Source: Nitrosopumilus sp. (GTDB lineage Archaea > Thermoproteota > Nitrososphaeria > Nitrososphaerales > Nitrosopumilaceae). From it: 64,000 bases of DNA. Below the pieces are notes generated by a model that was given only the letters and a program-made list of their open reading frames with translations, was not told the DNA's origin and made no database searches. Position numbers and translations under genes: made by a program. Below, in pieces: positions 1-9,729 of this stretch. The DNA is taken from contig CBDBLX010000002.1 of the NCBI GenBank assembly GCA_965207445.1, forward strand, positions 736,001 through 800,000, written 5' to 3'. How positions within the stretch are numbered: the stretch's first letter is position 1; each line of letters starts with the position of its first letter.

Positions 1-454
1 TGATGTATTACATTTGTGAGTATTTTGAGTGAAAACATTCATTTAAAAATTATTAGATGGTTTAAAAAGGATACACCCTCAATAAAAAAATAAACACATA
101 TTTTTTTTTGACATACTAGGTTCATTTGTAAATTCAGTTGATGGTATTCAGAGGCATGTTGATTAAGAATTAGGCTCTAATAGTGCAATAACCATTCAAT
201 AATATTGTCGTCGTTATTATGCTGTCACTGCCACACAACCTCGTAGAGCAACACATCTTCAAGCCCATTGTGACGGATTGTCGTCATTATTATTATGATG
301 ATGATGTCACCGCCACACCGTCTTGTACCATATAAAAAGTCCCCCTGCCTCAACACTACAATCATCATTTTTTGTGTATTTTTAGTCTATGATCTGCCTA
401 GCCATACTACTAATGAACCGAAATTGAGAAATAACCGTCTTTATGAGTAATTTT

Positions 455-553
455 GCAGAGATATCGAAGCCTGGTCAACCGAGAGGGACTCAAGATCCGT
501 AAGTGATCCCTTCTCTAAGGAGTTCGTGGGTTCGAATCCCACTCTCTGCACCA
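455..553 (+). tRNA. tRNA-Leu(CAA) with an 11-nt intron at 37/38 (495-505) and encoded CCA
   Basis: Acceptor stem GCAGAGA/TCTCTGC+ACCA; T arm GTGGG-TTCGAAT-CCCAC; anticodon stem AGGGA/TCCCT with CT-CAA-G; extra ATCCGTAAGTG inside the loop; long variable arm. Confidence 0.93.
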
Positions 554-1263
554 ATTAATCATGATGCTAACTGTATACGCACTTTACGAACTGAATGATT
601 CATGATCTCTTCGTGAATCTTTGCAACTTTTTTGTCTTTGAAGGTGAGATTGCACCTAAAACATTTGTAGACACTCTCTGACATAAATGCGCTAAACATG
701 AATTGTTTATAAGAGTATTGAATATTCTGTGCATATTTATATTATATGTGGAATAATAACATAAAAAATTATAATTATTATATAATTTTACCAAATTTAA
801 TATAATATTTTGTATCTAATATCTTGTATCTAATTCTCGTTATAAAGTGAAATACCCTCTCATAGTGTGAGGGCACAGACACGTAGTAATTAAAACAATG
901 ATCCGTGAGTTTTTGGTATTTTGTATCCATTTGTTGTTCCTGATCCATCTATGTCCATCTATGGATTTTTCGATTCTTTATTTGAAACACTGCACGGATA
1001 ATATCTGAACTCTATGTCTGCAAATGACAAACCATTTGACATCATTACTTCTGAATGATCAAATTATACGTATATCATGATTAAAAATTTATTGTGTTAG
1101 AATTATGATTGTAATTGGCCTTGATGCATTTTGTATTCTGCATGTTGATAAAATTTGTGACAAATTCATAGTATGCTACATTTTTGTTGCTTAATTGTAT
1201 AGTAATCACACATCTGAAAAAAAGAATTTTACAACAATACATCTACCACATAATGACTGTAAA

Positions 1264-1887
1264 ATGGAAGATCCACTTTTTGATACTGTAACAAATTTTT
1301 CGTATCTGGGAATATTTTTACTACTCGTTGGAATAAATGCATCTCCAATACTAATGCCTCCAAGCTGGATAGTTTTGGCATCATTTCATCTCATTGATCC
1401 TACATTGGATATTATACTTCTTGCTGTGGTTGGTGCAACGGGAGCTACAATTGGGAGGTTTGTACTCAAATATGTGAGTAAATATTTTCGAAGATTTGTA
1501 AGCAATGAAAGATGTGAAAATCTTGATGTGATCGGCACATATCTTAACAATAAAAAGTATGGATATTTGATTGCGTCTTTTCTTTTTGGAGCAACACCTC
1601 TTCCAAGTAACATGTTATTCATTGCATATGGTTTGATGGGTGCAAAGAGTCTTGGGATTTATGTAGGGTTTTGGGCTGGCCGACTTATATCATATGTAAT
1701 AATGATCAATCTTGGTGAGATGGTGTTGCGTCCTTTTCTTGGAATATTCGAAGAGAGACTTGTGGGCATATTGTTAATTGATGTTGCAGGAGTTGGAATA
1801 ATCGTCCTCTTTGCATCAATTAACTGGACTGTTTTAATAACACAACGACGATTAAAATTTGTCCGGCCAAAAATATGGCGACTTTGA
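1264..1887 (+). CDS. DedA/VTT (SNARE-associated-like) membrane protein
   Basis: Hydrophobic ORF with 'GATGATIGRFVL' and 'ATPLPSN' motifs; ATG 1264 preferred to the ORF-track start at 1195. Confidence 0.75.
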   Translation: MEDPLFDTVTNFSYLGIFLLLVGINASPILMPPSWIVLASFHLIDPTLDIILLAVVGATGATIGRFVLKYVSKYFRRFVSNERCENLDVIGTYLNNKKYGYLIASFLFGATPLPSNMLFIAYGLMGAKSLGIYVGFWAGRLISYVIMINLGEMVLRPFLGIFEERLVGILLIDVAGVGIIVLFASINWTVLITQRRLKFVRPKIWRL

Positions 1888-1984
1888 TTATCTACTATGT
1901 GATATTTTTTTTCACATAAATTGTTTGTCTAATTTTACATTGATCTTTTACACTCTAAAAATACACATTGATTGTTTGTACTTG

Positions 1985-2605
1985 ATGGTGCCATATCCAA
2001 CATACTCACAAAGAGCAGATCGCCTTGTAGCATAATGACGGTGTGTGTTTTTTTAAAAACGGACTATGTGAAAAGATGAGATGGATTCATATCTGATGTA
2101 TTCTCTGAGTATCTAAAAGCGATGTATTGTAGCCAATCTACGGGCAAGTACCGTGGAAGATTGTATGTGGCAGTAGAGTGGTAAAAGTGAACACACAATT
2201 TTCTCTTCTTCAACAACCAATTCATCAAAAAACTTGTGTTGTGTCAAAAGGGCAAAAGTGAACACACAATTCCCTCCCATACACCATTATGGCATTTAGA
2301 ATCTTCCCTGTGTGTGCATCCTCATAGAATCTTATTCGGTATGCAGAAACTCCAAGAATACACAGATATGCCAAAATGTGAAACCGTATCCAGCGATATG
2401 GAAAGTCGACCAAGGTAAGTGTTTGTAAAATTTGTGAATCTGAATTTGCACATCTTACATTGATATCTTGAGTTTAGACGTTTTAGTGACCTGTGATTGT
2501 ATTTTGGGCAAATTCGTCTTCCACACCAACCTTCTCTTGACAAAAAATGCCCTACTTTTTGTCAAATTATTTGCTAAGATTATTGGATGATTGTTAGGCA
2601 CAACC
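1985..2605 (-). pseudogene. Degraded IS1595-family (ISXO2-like) transposase; boundaries approximate
   Basis: N-terminal Zn ribbon 'ICPK..RYQCKMCKFRFTNFTNT' followed by frameshifted, stop-ridden sequence including 'LARRLATIHRF'. Confidence 0.6.
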
Positions 2606-2900
2606 TAGGCGTGAAATTATTTATCAATATGTACTTTTTCAAGGTCCAAACTCTTAGGTATTACCTAAAATTAATAGTTGGCATGATTATATGTATGAGC
2701 ATAATCGAAAAAAGGATAGTTGGGATTGGGCAGAAGTTAAAGAAGCAAAGCGTATTGCACGGCGTGCCTATAAATTTACAAGTAAGATTTATCTGTAAAA
2801 TGTAATCTAAAGTTGAGGTGCGCACTCTTCTTGTATTATGAATCAAGTGTAAACATTCGGATTCATCATCTCAAAATTAAACCACTGTGTTTAGGAGCAA

Positions 2901-3215
2901 TTAACCATAATCAATATATCTGTCATAACGTTTCTCAACTTCTTTGTTGTTCCCTGTTGTAATCTTTTTGTATTCTTGATCTCTGCGCATTGCAATGTAT
3001 CGACGTATCTCTACAAAGCCTGATTCATGTTTAGGATATATATCAAAAAGTGGTTCTGCCAATTTTAAATACTCGAGAACTTTATTGCGATACTCTTCTC
3101 GTGTAGGATTTCGTATGTGTTGCATTCGAAACCAAATGACTGCCCAACTAGAGCCTATTACATGTGGCAATAGATCAAATGCCCTCTCAATCTCAAATCT
3201 CTCGTCGTTTCTCAT
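2901..3215 (-). CDS. Hypothetical protein translationally coupled to hemB
   Basis: 104-aa ORF with ATGA overlap on the hemB stop. Confidence 0.75.
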   Translation of the reverse strand: MRNDERFEIERAFDLLPHVIGSSWAVIWFRMQHIRNPTREEYRNKVLEYLKLAEPLFDIYPKHESGFVEIRRYIAMRRDQEYKKITTGNNKEVEKRYDRYIDYG

Positions 3216-4207
3216 TTTGATACAAGAGTTCCTGCTATATCTTTTGCAAAGTATGTGACTATCATATCTGCACCTGCTCGTTTTATTGAATGTAGTATTT
3301 CAAGTGCTACTTTTTGACCATTCACATATCCTGCTGCCGCTGCTGCTTTGACCATTGCGTACTCACCTGATGCACTATATGCAGCTATGGGTAGATCAAA
3401 TCTCCTGCGAGATTCTACTATGAGATCAAGATATGCTAGTGCTGGCTTGATCGTCAATATGTCTACTCCTTCTGATACATCTAATTCTGATTCGAGCATT
3501 GCCTCGTGAAAGTTTGTGTATGGTGCTTGATACGTGGCTCTGTCCCCAAATTGTGGGCCAGACTCTACTGCATCTCTGAATGGTGAGTAAAAGTTAGAAT
3601 GATGTTTTGATGCTTGTGACATTATTAACACATCTGTAAATCCTGCATCATCCAATGCGCTTCTGATTGTAGACACTTGTCCGTCCATCATGGCAGATAA
3701 TGATACAATGTCTACTCCTGCTCTTGCTTGAGTGATTGCTGTCTTTGCAAGTATCTCTAAACTAGTATCATTATCAATTCTTTTTTTACCCTTATTATCA
3801 GTGTGAATAATACCACAATGTCCTGATGATGCATATTGACACATACAGACATCTGCCATTATCACAATATCATCTCCGAATGTTTTTCGTATTTGTGATG
3901 CTGTTTGTTGTACGATTCCATCTTGTGCAAATGCTGCACTCCCTACATCGTCTTTTATTGCAGGTATACCAAATAACATGATGGCTGGAATTCCTACCTG
4001 TATGATTGATTCTACTTCGTCAGTCACATCTGATAGTGGGAAACGTTGTATGCCTGGCATTCTATCAATTGAGACTTTTTCAGACAAGTTCTCTTGAACA
4101 AATATTGGACATACAAGATCTGTTGGTGTAATGTTCGTTTCTTGAAAAAGATTGCGCATTTGTGCAGTTCTACGAAACCTGCGTAAACGACGAGCAGGAA
4201 AAGACAA
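3212..4207 (-). CDS. hemB: Porphobilinogen synthase (delta-aminolevulinate dehydratase)
   Basis: RRLRRFR start, Zn site DVCMCQY..GHCG, SAMMDGQV, FYSPFRDA, IKPALAYLD, KRAGAD. Confidence 0.96.
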   Translation of the reverse strand: MSFPARRLRRFRRTAQMRNLFQETNITPTDLVCPIFVQENLSEKVSIDRMPGIQRFPLSDVTDEVESIIQVGIPAIMLFGIPAIKDDVGSAAFAQDGIVQQTASQIRKTFGDDIVIMADVCMCQYASSGHCGIIHTDNKGKKRIDNDTSLEILAKTAITQARAGVDIVSLSAMMDGQVSTIRSALDDAGFTDVLIMSQASKHHSNFYSPFRDAVESGPQFGDRATYQAPYTNFHEAMLESELDVSEGVDILTIKPALAYLDLIVESRRRFDLPIAAYSASGEYAMVKAAAAAGYVNGQKVALEILHSIKRAGADMIVTYFAKDIAGTLVSK

Positions 4208-4399
4208 TATCTATTGATACTCTAAACAAGATATAACCGTATATGTTTTATAATATGATCTTTTATTTTAATTAAATTAATTATTATGTAATGTATTGTG
4301 TCTAAAAATTCATACAATTAAACTGATATCTCATTGATTTATTTTATTTTGTCTGATGATATATTGCGCATTAAAAGATTCAATATTGTTTTTCTGTGG

Positions 4400-4479
4400 G
4401 TAACCGTTCAACCCCCGTCTTGCGCCAGACGTTAAGCGGTGAATTTGTGCCTAAATTTGGGAAGGGGTTGAACGGTTAC
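4400..4479 (+). mobile_element. MITE-A copy 1 (80 bp)
   Basis: Perfect 16-bp TIR GTAACCGTTCAACCCC/GGGGTTGAACGGTTAC; 9-bp TSD TTTCTGTGG at 4391-4399 and 4480-4488. Confidence 0.92.
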
Positions 4480-4529
4480 TTTCTGTGGTACCTTTAGACA
4501 TTAATGTACGATTTTTGTAATTTCATTTA

Positions 4530-5153
4530 ATGCGAAAAAGAGGTCTGTTTATAATGTGCATTGGCGCCATTATCTTTGGTATCTCATTTATTATTGCTGA
4601 TTCTATACTAATGTCTGATTTTTCTGGCCCCGCGGGTTTTGATGCAGACTCTATTTTTGAGAGTATATTTGATGAAATTACTGATGAGATTATTATAGCA
4701 CCCGGCTCCACTGAGACTATCTCATATATTGTGGAGTCTGACAATTCACCTATTTTGTTAGCAATTCATATAGTTGATTACATACAAGAGGATGTTTTAT
4801 CGATCAAACTATCTGATACATATGGCAATGTGTATGGAGAATTTGTACAATCCGAAGAGATGCGATTTGAGATAATAGAATCTGCAAGAGAGGGTGTACT
4901 TGATATTGCAGTGACAAACTCTGGCAACAAATACGTTGCAATATTTGCAATGTTTTCAGAAGATCCCGAAAATTCTGCAATGTATACTGATCCCAACTCG
5001 CCTCTCAATACACTGATTATTCCACTCGCTATAACTGGAATTCTGATTATTATGGGATTTTTGGTACTAGTTGTCGGCGTAATTATATTTATTGTGGATA
5101 TGAGACAACAGCGGCGTGTAGATGGATTTGATGATTGGTCGTCAGGCCGTTAA
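4530..5153 (+). CDS. Hypothetical membrane protein (N- and C-terminal TM helices, acidic extracellular domain)
   Basis: 207-aa ORF with two hydrophobic segments. Confidence 0.75.
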   Translation: MRKRGLFIMCIGAIIFGISFIIADSILMSDFSGPAGFDADSIFESIFDEITDEIIIAPGSTETISYIVESDNSPILLAIHIVDYIQEDVLSIKLSDTYGNVYGEFVQSEEMRFEIIESAREGVLDIAVTNSGNKYVAIFAMFSEDPENSAMYTDPNSPLNTLIIPLAITGILIIMGFLVLVVGVIIFIVDMRQQRRVDGFDDWSSGR

Positions 5154-5343
5154 TCGTTATTTGGATGTTATTTGTTTGTTCACTTGTTTGTATTATTTTT
5201 TTATGTACATTATTTGTATTAACAAAGTTCTATTTAATTTCTTCAAAATGATGTTTTCTAAATGTGTTAATTGATAGAACCTTGTATCTATTGCAATAAC
5301 GGTTACTACTCACTTTTTAAATGGGTGTTTGGATGTGTAATTT

Positions 5344-6156
5344 GTGGCATCTAATACGCAAGACTCACGGCACCCACCACTGCAACAGCAACCACCACCA
5401 CAACCACAGCAACAGCAACCACCACCACAACCACAGCAACAGCAACCACCACCACATACGTCACCTCTGAGTGAACAACCTCCACAACCACCACCACAAC
5501 AGCTTTATTTTGGTTTCTCATTTTACAAAATTGATCCCAAGTGGCGTTGGATGGCAGATTTGGCCAAAGAAGAGTCTGCAAAAGAGGTTAAAAATATACT
5601 CGACTATGCTAAAATATCGTATCGTTCGTACTCTAATATTGGGTTGCGTGATGATGCTGACTTTTTACTGTGGTTTTTAGCACCTACCGTTGATGACATA
5701 CAATCTGTTACGGAAAAACTCTACAGCACAGTCTTTGGCAAATACATCATTCCCTCTCGTACATACATATCATGTACACGCCCTTCTGTATATTCGTCTG
5801 ATGCCATTCCTCAAGGGTTTGTTGCAGGTGATGCCCCGAAAAGATATGTTATTGTATATCCATTTACAAAGACTCGTGAATGGTATCTGTTACCGCAGAC
5901 AAAGCGTCAGGAGATTATGGATGAACATATTGCAGTCAGTCGTAGATACCCTCAGATAGTGTTAAACACTACATACTCTTTTGGTATACACGATGAAGAC
6001 TTTATGCTTGCATTTGAGATGGATAACATCCGTGACTTTCAAGACTTGATAATGGATTTGAGGGAGACACAGGTGTCAACATATGTCAAAAATGATATTC
6101 CAATGATTACATGCATCAAAAAAGAGATTGTATCATTGATTCAAAGTTTAGGCTAG
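5344..6156 (+). CDS. Chlorite dismutase / coproheme decarboxylase (ChdC/HemQ) family protein with Pro/Gln-rich N-terminal extension
   Basis: YPFTKTREWYLL...MDEH, TTYSFGIHDEDF and LRET motifs; lies inside the haem cluster. Confidence 0.88.
   Translation: MASNTQDSRHPPLQQQPPPQPQQQQPPPQPQQQQPPPHTSPLSEQPPQPPPQQLYFGFSFYKIDPKWRWMADLAKEESAKEVKNILDYAKISYRSYSNIGLRDDADFLLWFLAPTVDDIQSVTEKLYSTVFGKYIIPSRTYISCTRPSVYSSDAIPQGFVAGDAPKRYVIVYPFTKTREWYLLPQTKRQEIMDEHIAVSRRYPQIVLNTTYSFGIHDEDFMLAFEMDNIRDFQDLIMDLRETQVSTYVKNDIPMITCIKKEIVSLIQSLG
5384..5454 (+). repeat. In-frame 27-bp tandem repeat encoding QPQQQQPPP
   Basis: CAACCACAGCAACAGCAACCACCACCA twice plus a partial unit. Confidence 0.85.
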
Positions 6157-6309
6157 ACACGTTTTTGTTGCAATTCTTCGTAATGATAATATTTTGAAGT
6201 ATGTGGCGGTATAATCATTGTAACAAAAATTAATGTCTGTATACAAATTTACTGAACTAATAAATCCAAATTGGGTAAACATAAATTTTCATATTATAAT
6301 TCATTGTAC

Positions 6310-7308
6310 ATGAGATACAACAAATTAGGCAAGTCTGGAATTAAAGTATCTGAGATAGGCTTTGGTGCCTGGGCTATTGCACTTGATTGGTGGGGCAAAA
6401 AGATACAAGAAGATGAAGCAATTACAATGCTCAAAAAGGCATATGATGTTGGAATTAACTATTTTGAGACAGGTGACATGTATGGTAAAGGTAAGAGTGA
6501 ACGCTTGATTGGTGAGGCGTTTGGTGATATGAGAGATGAGATTGTCATATCCACCAAATATGGTTATGATTTTTCAGGTGTGGAGCAGATAGGTCATAGT
6601 GAATTGCCTCAAAAGTTTGATAAAGTATTTACAAAAAAAGCACTTTTGGCAAGCCTTGAGCGTTTAAAAACTGATTATATTGATATATATGGTTTACATA
6701 ATCCAAAGATGAATCACATCAAAGACGATTTAATATTTACAACACTAGACTCTATGATAAATGATGGTGTGATCAAGACCTATCAGGTTGCGCTTGGACC
6801 TGCCATTGGCTGGACTCAAGAAGGACTTGATGCAATGGAGCGACCAAATGTCTCTGCGGTGCAGACTGTATACAACATACTTGAGCAAACTCCTGGAAAC
6901 GAACTTTTACAAAAGGCAATCCAAAAAGATGTGGGTATACTAGTTAGAGTTCCAGAGGCCTCTGGTATATTGACTGGCAAGGTAGATGCAAACACAAAGA
7001 TAGATGAAAAAGATCATAGGTCTGTTCGCAAGGGCGAATGGATAAAGACATCCTTGCAAAAAGTAGAACAACTGCGTCCTATTGCAGAACGAAATGGACT
7101 GACGATCACAGAACTTGCAATGAAGTTTATTATGAGTAAAAAAGGGTTTTCATCGGTACTGCCTACTATAACTGAAATCGATGAGATAATCACCTATGCT
7201 GATATGGCAGATGGCAGATATATATCAGAATCCGACATGCTTGAGATTGACAGATTGTATAATACATGGCCCTCATACGATTTGAAAAAAACCATATATG
7301 CCAAGTGA
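6310..7308 (+). CDS. Aldo/keto reductase family oxidoreductase
   Basis: LGKSGIKVSEIGFG, ETGDMYG.G.SE, TKYG, SLERLKTDYIDIYGLH, QTVYNILEQ. Confidence 0.93.
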   Translation: MRYNKLGKSGIKVSEIGFGAWAIALDWWGKKIQEDEAITMLKKAYDVGINYFETGDMYGKGKSERLIGEAFGDMRDEIVISTKYGYDFSGVEQIGHSELPQKFDKVFTKKALLASLERLKTDYIDIYGLHNPKMNHIKDDLIFTTLDSMINDGVIKTYQVALGPAIGWTQEGLDAMERPNVSAVQTVYNILEQTPGNELLQKAIQKDVGILVRVPEASGILTGKVDANTKIDEKDHRSVRKGEWIKTSLQKVEQLRPIAERNGLTITELAMKFIMSKKGFSSVLPTITEIDEIITYADMADGRYISESDMLEIDRLYNTWPSYDLKKTIYAK

Positions 7309-7313
7309 CAATA

Positions 7314-7643
7314 ATGACAAATCATAATTCTGTAATGTTGAATGTAATTGCGCATATGAACCGCTCCCAGATTGGAGAGCCGCGCAAATGGGACAAAATT
7401 ACCAAAAAGTTATCTTCTGATATGCCGCTCAGTGTCTCTGATATCGAATATTATACTAGATTGACACGCATATACAATCAAACCAGTACAATTTCCAAGC
7501 GCAAAAATTATCATACTATGCTATCTGATCTAGATGAAAAGCCTCGTTGTACCGTATGTGGTGAACCATCTCAATTTTATTGTCACATAAACGATCAATA
7601 TTTTTGTCAAATACATATAGTGGGACATGATCCAAACGAATAA
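7314..7643 (+). CDS. Hypothetical protein with a C-terminal Cys/His zinc finger
   Basis: CTVC...YC..NDQYFCQIH..GH; start uncertain (GTG 7305 or ATG 7314). Confidence 0.65.
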   Translation: MTNHNSVMLNVIAHMNRSQIGEPRKWDKITKKLSSDMPLSVSDIEYYTRLTRIYNQTSTISKRKNYHTMLSDLDEKPRCTVCGEPSQFYCHINDQYFCQIHIVGHDPNE

Positions 7644-7745
7644 TTTATATATTCATGTTGTATTTGTGGATTTTTCATTATGATTCATGTGTATGATTTA
7701 TATATATTATCATATACATTAAGTTGTAATTAATTTACCCTTGAC

Positions 7746-8801
7746 TTAATGTGTAGTTATTGGCGTTGTTATGTTATCTTTTTTCTCCAAGGCAAATTCA
7801 TTCTCTACAAAATATTCGACTCGTGTTTTTTTGAACTCACGTGAGCTAAACAGTATTTTGTATTCTTTTACATCTATCTGTTTTTGTATGGTATCTGCAA
7901 CTTCTCTTGCCTCCTTTTGTGTCTTACAGTGTATCATAGAGAACACATTGTAGGGCCAGTCCTTGTATGTAGGCCTCTCATAACAGTGGCTGACTTGAGG
8001 AAATGCACCTAAATTTTCACCTACCTTTGTTATGCGCTCTTCTGGCACCTTCCACACAATCATTCCATTTGCAGTAAACCCTGCCTGTCTATGTCTCAAA
8101 ATGGCAGCAAACCTTCTCATTACTCCGATCTCCTCGTAATGCTTTAGTTTTTCAAACAAATCATCTTGTGTCATGTTAAGTTTCTTTGCAGGTTCTGCAA
8201 AAGGCTCATCGACAATATTCAAATCTTTTTGCAACTCTCTGACAAACTCTTTGTCAAGTGCAGTGGGTTTGAACTCTACATCTTTGATCTCTTTTTTCTT
8301 TTCTGTTGGTTTGACTTTGTGCTTTTTATCCTCAACCATGTCTAACTTCACGCCAATTTTGAAGAGCTGCAATGTAGGTAGCATGCGTACTCTTCGTATT
8401 CCTTTGAGTGTAGAAAATTTGTCAAGCTCGTCTTTTAGATTGGACCCTGGTGGTACTGCTAGTGTAAACCATAGGTTAAATTCATGATTGCGCTCATAAT
8501 TGTGACTCACACCTGGGTGTCTGTTTATCTGGTGTGCAACATATTCTAACTGGTCTGATTCTATATCCATTGCAACAAGTGAGCTTGTGTATCCTAGCCT
8601 ACGTGTATCAAATATTGCACTCAACTGTCGCAATATCCCTATCTCTTTGAGTCTGGTAATTTTTTCCTTTATGATATCTGGTGTAGTGTTGAATTTTACA
8701 CTCATGTTATGAAACGGACGTTTTACAAGTGGGAATGTCCATTGAATCTCATTTAAGAGTTCTGTGTCTAGTTTGTCCATCTCTGTTGTCATTAAACTCA
8801 A
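7746..8801 (-). CDS. ahbAB: Sirohaem decarboxylase, fused AhbA/AhbB (NirDL-like, Lrp/AsnC fold)
   Basis: Two repeated halves with VSHNYER and VSHCYER, FPLVKRPF, WPYNVFSMIH, EFKKT. Confidence 0.9.
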   Translation of the reverse strand: MSLMTTEMDKLDTELLNEIQWTFPLVKRPFHNMSVKFNTTPDIIKEKITRLKEIGILRQLSAIFDTRRLGYTSSLVAMDIESDQLEYVAHQINRHPGVSHNYERNHEFNLWFTLAVPPGSNLKDELDKFSTLKGIRRVRMLPTLQLFKIGVKLDMVEDKKHKVKPTEKKKEIKDVEFKPTALDKEFVRELQKDLNIVDEPFAEPAKKLNMTQDDLFEKLKHYEEIGVMRRFAAILRHRQAGFTANGMIVWKVPEERITKVGENLGAFPQVSHCYERPTYKDWPYNVFSMIHCKTQKEAREVADTIQKQIDVKEYKILFSSREFKKTRVEYFVENEFALEKKDNITTPITTH

Positions 8802-8841
8802 TCATGTGTAATTGATTAAAAATGTATGTTAGTGTGATTTT

Positions 8842-8922
8842 GTAACCGTTCACCCCTTTGTATATGCGCCAGATATAGGTGGTGAATTTGTGCCTAAATT
8901 TGGGAAAAAGTTGAACGGTTAC
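8842..8922 (+). mobile_element. MITE-A copy 2
   Basis: GTAACCGTTCA...TGAACGGTTAC ends, shared core TGCGCCAGA..GGTGAATTTGTGCCTAAATTTGGG; TSD TGTGATTTT/TGTGGTTTT (8/9). Confidence 0.88.
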
Positions 8923-9069
8923 TGTGGTTTTATTGTGTATAGTTGGTATGTGTAAATATTATTACTGTAATTGTAATATCTTGCTTTTTACACATGTCAT
9001 ATGTGTTGTAATGTGTGTTGGCATTTACCAAATCGATTAAATAAATATCTCAAATATGTAGCACATACA

Positions 9070-9729
9070 ATGATAATTGATCTGCGCATAAAGGGTAAAA
9101 CCATACTGGTTTTGGGTTCTGGTTCTCAAGCAGAGCGTCGAGTACACCAGATACTAGATGAGCATGCTAATATTGTCGTTGTTGCCTTGTCTGCTACATC
9201 TGATAAGATATTGGAGTGGAGTAGAGAAGGACGCATACACTTAATCACTAACTGTGATATACAAGACGCGTCACTTTTGGACAAGTACAAACCTGATTTG
9301 TTGATCGCAACAACTGACGATCATGCTGTTAATGAGATGTTATTAAACGCCGCTAAATCTTATGGTGTGTTGGCGTATCGTTCTGACTCTTATGATGAGA
9401 GTGATTATGCACATCCTGCTGTTTTGCGTTTTGATGGAGATGTCTCAGTTGCAGTATTTACTGGAGGGCAGAGCCCAATTGTATCAAAGTACATACGTCG
9501 CAAAGTCAAAGATGCACTAGTTGATGTGATTACACCTAGTATACTTGCAAAATTATCTATTCAAGATATGGCTCGAAAAGAAGCCAAATCCAAAATATCG
9601 TCCCAAATTGAGCGCAAAAAAGTCCTTGATCGTATAATGTATGATAAAGCCATTGATCGGTTAATAAGAGACGGAGAGATTAAAGATGCCAAAGAGCGTG
9701 CCATGTTCATACTAGGTGATAAACAGTGA
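9070..9729 (+). CDS. Precorrin-2 dehydrogenase / sirohydrochlorin ferrochelatase (CysG-N / Met8 / SirC-like)
   Basis: Rossmann motif ILVLGSG, ATTDDHAVN, HPAV, VAVFTGGQSP. Confidence 0.88.
   Translation: MIIDLRIKGKTILVLGSGSQAERRVHQILDEHANIVVVALSATSDKILEWSREGRIHLITNCDIQDASLLDKYKPDLLIATTDDHAVNEMLLNAAKSYGVLAYRSDSYDESDYAHPAVLRFDGDVSVAVFTGGQSPIVSKYIRRKVKDALVDVITPSILAKLSIQDMARKEAKSKISSQIERKKVLDRIMYDKAIDRLIRDGEIKDAKERAMFILGDKQ

Noticed and set aside
205..330. Degenerate direct repeat (TGTCGTC..ATTATG..TGTCAC.GCCACAC) upstream of tRNA-Leu
   Set aside because: Two diverged copies only, with no ORF, TIR or tRNA-matching att sequence.
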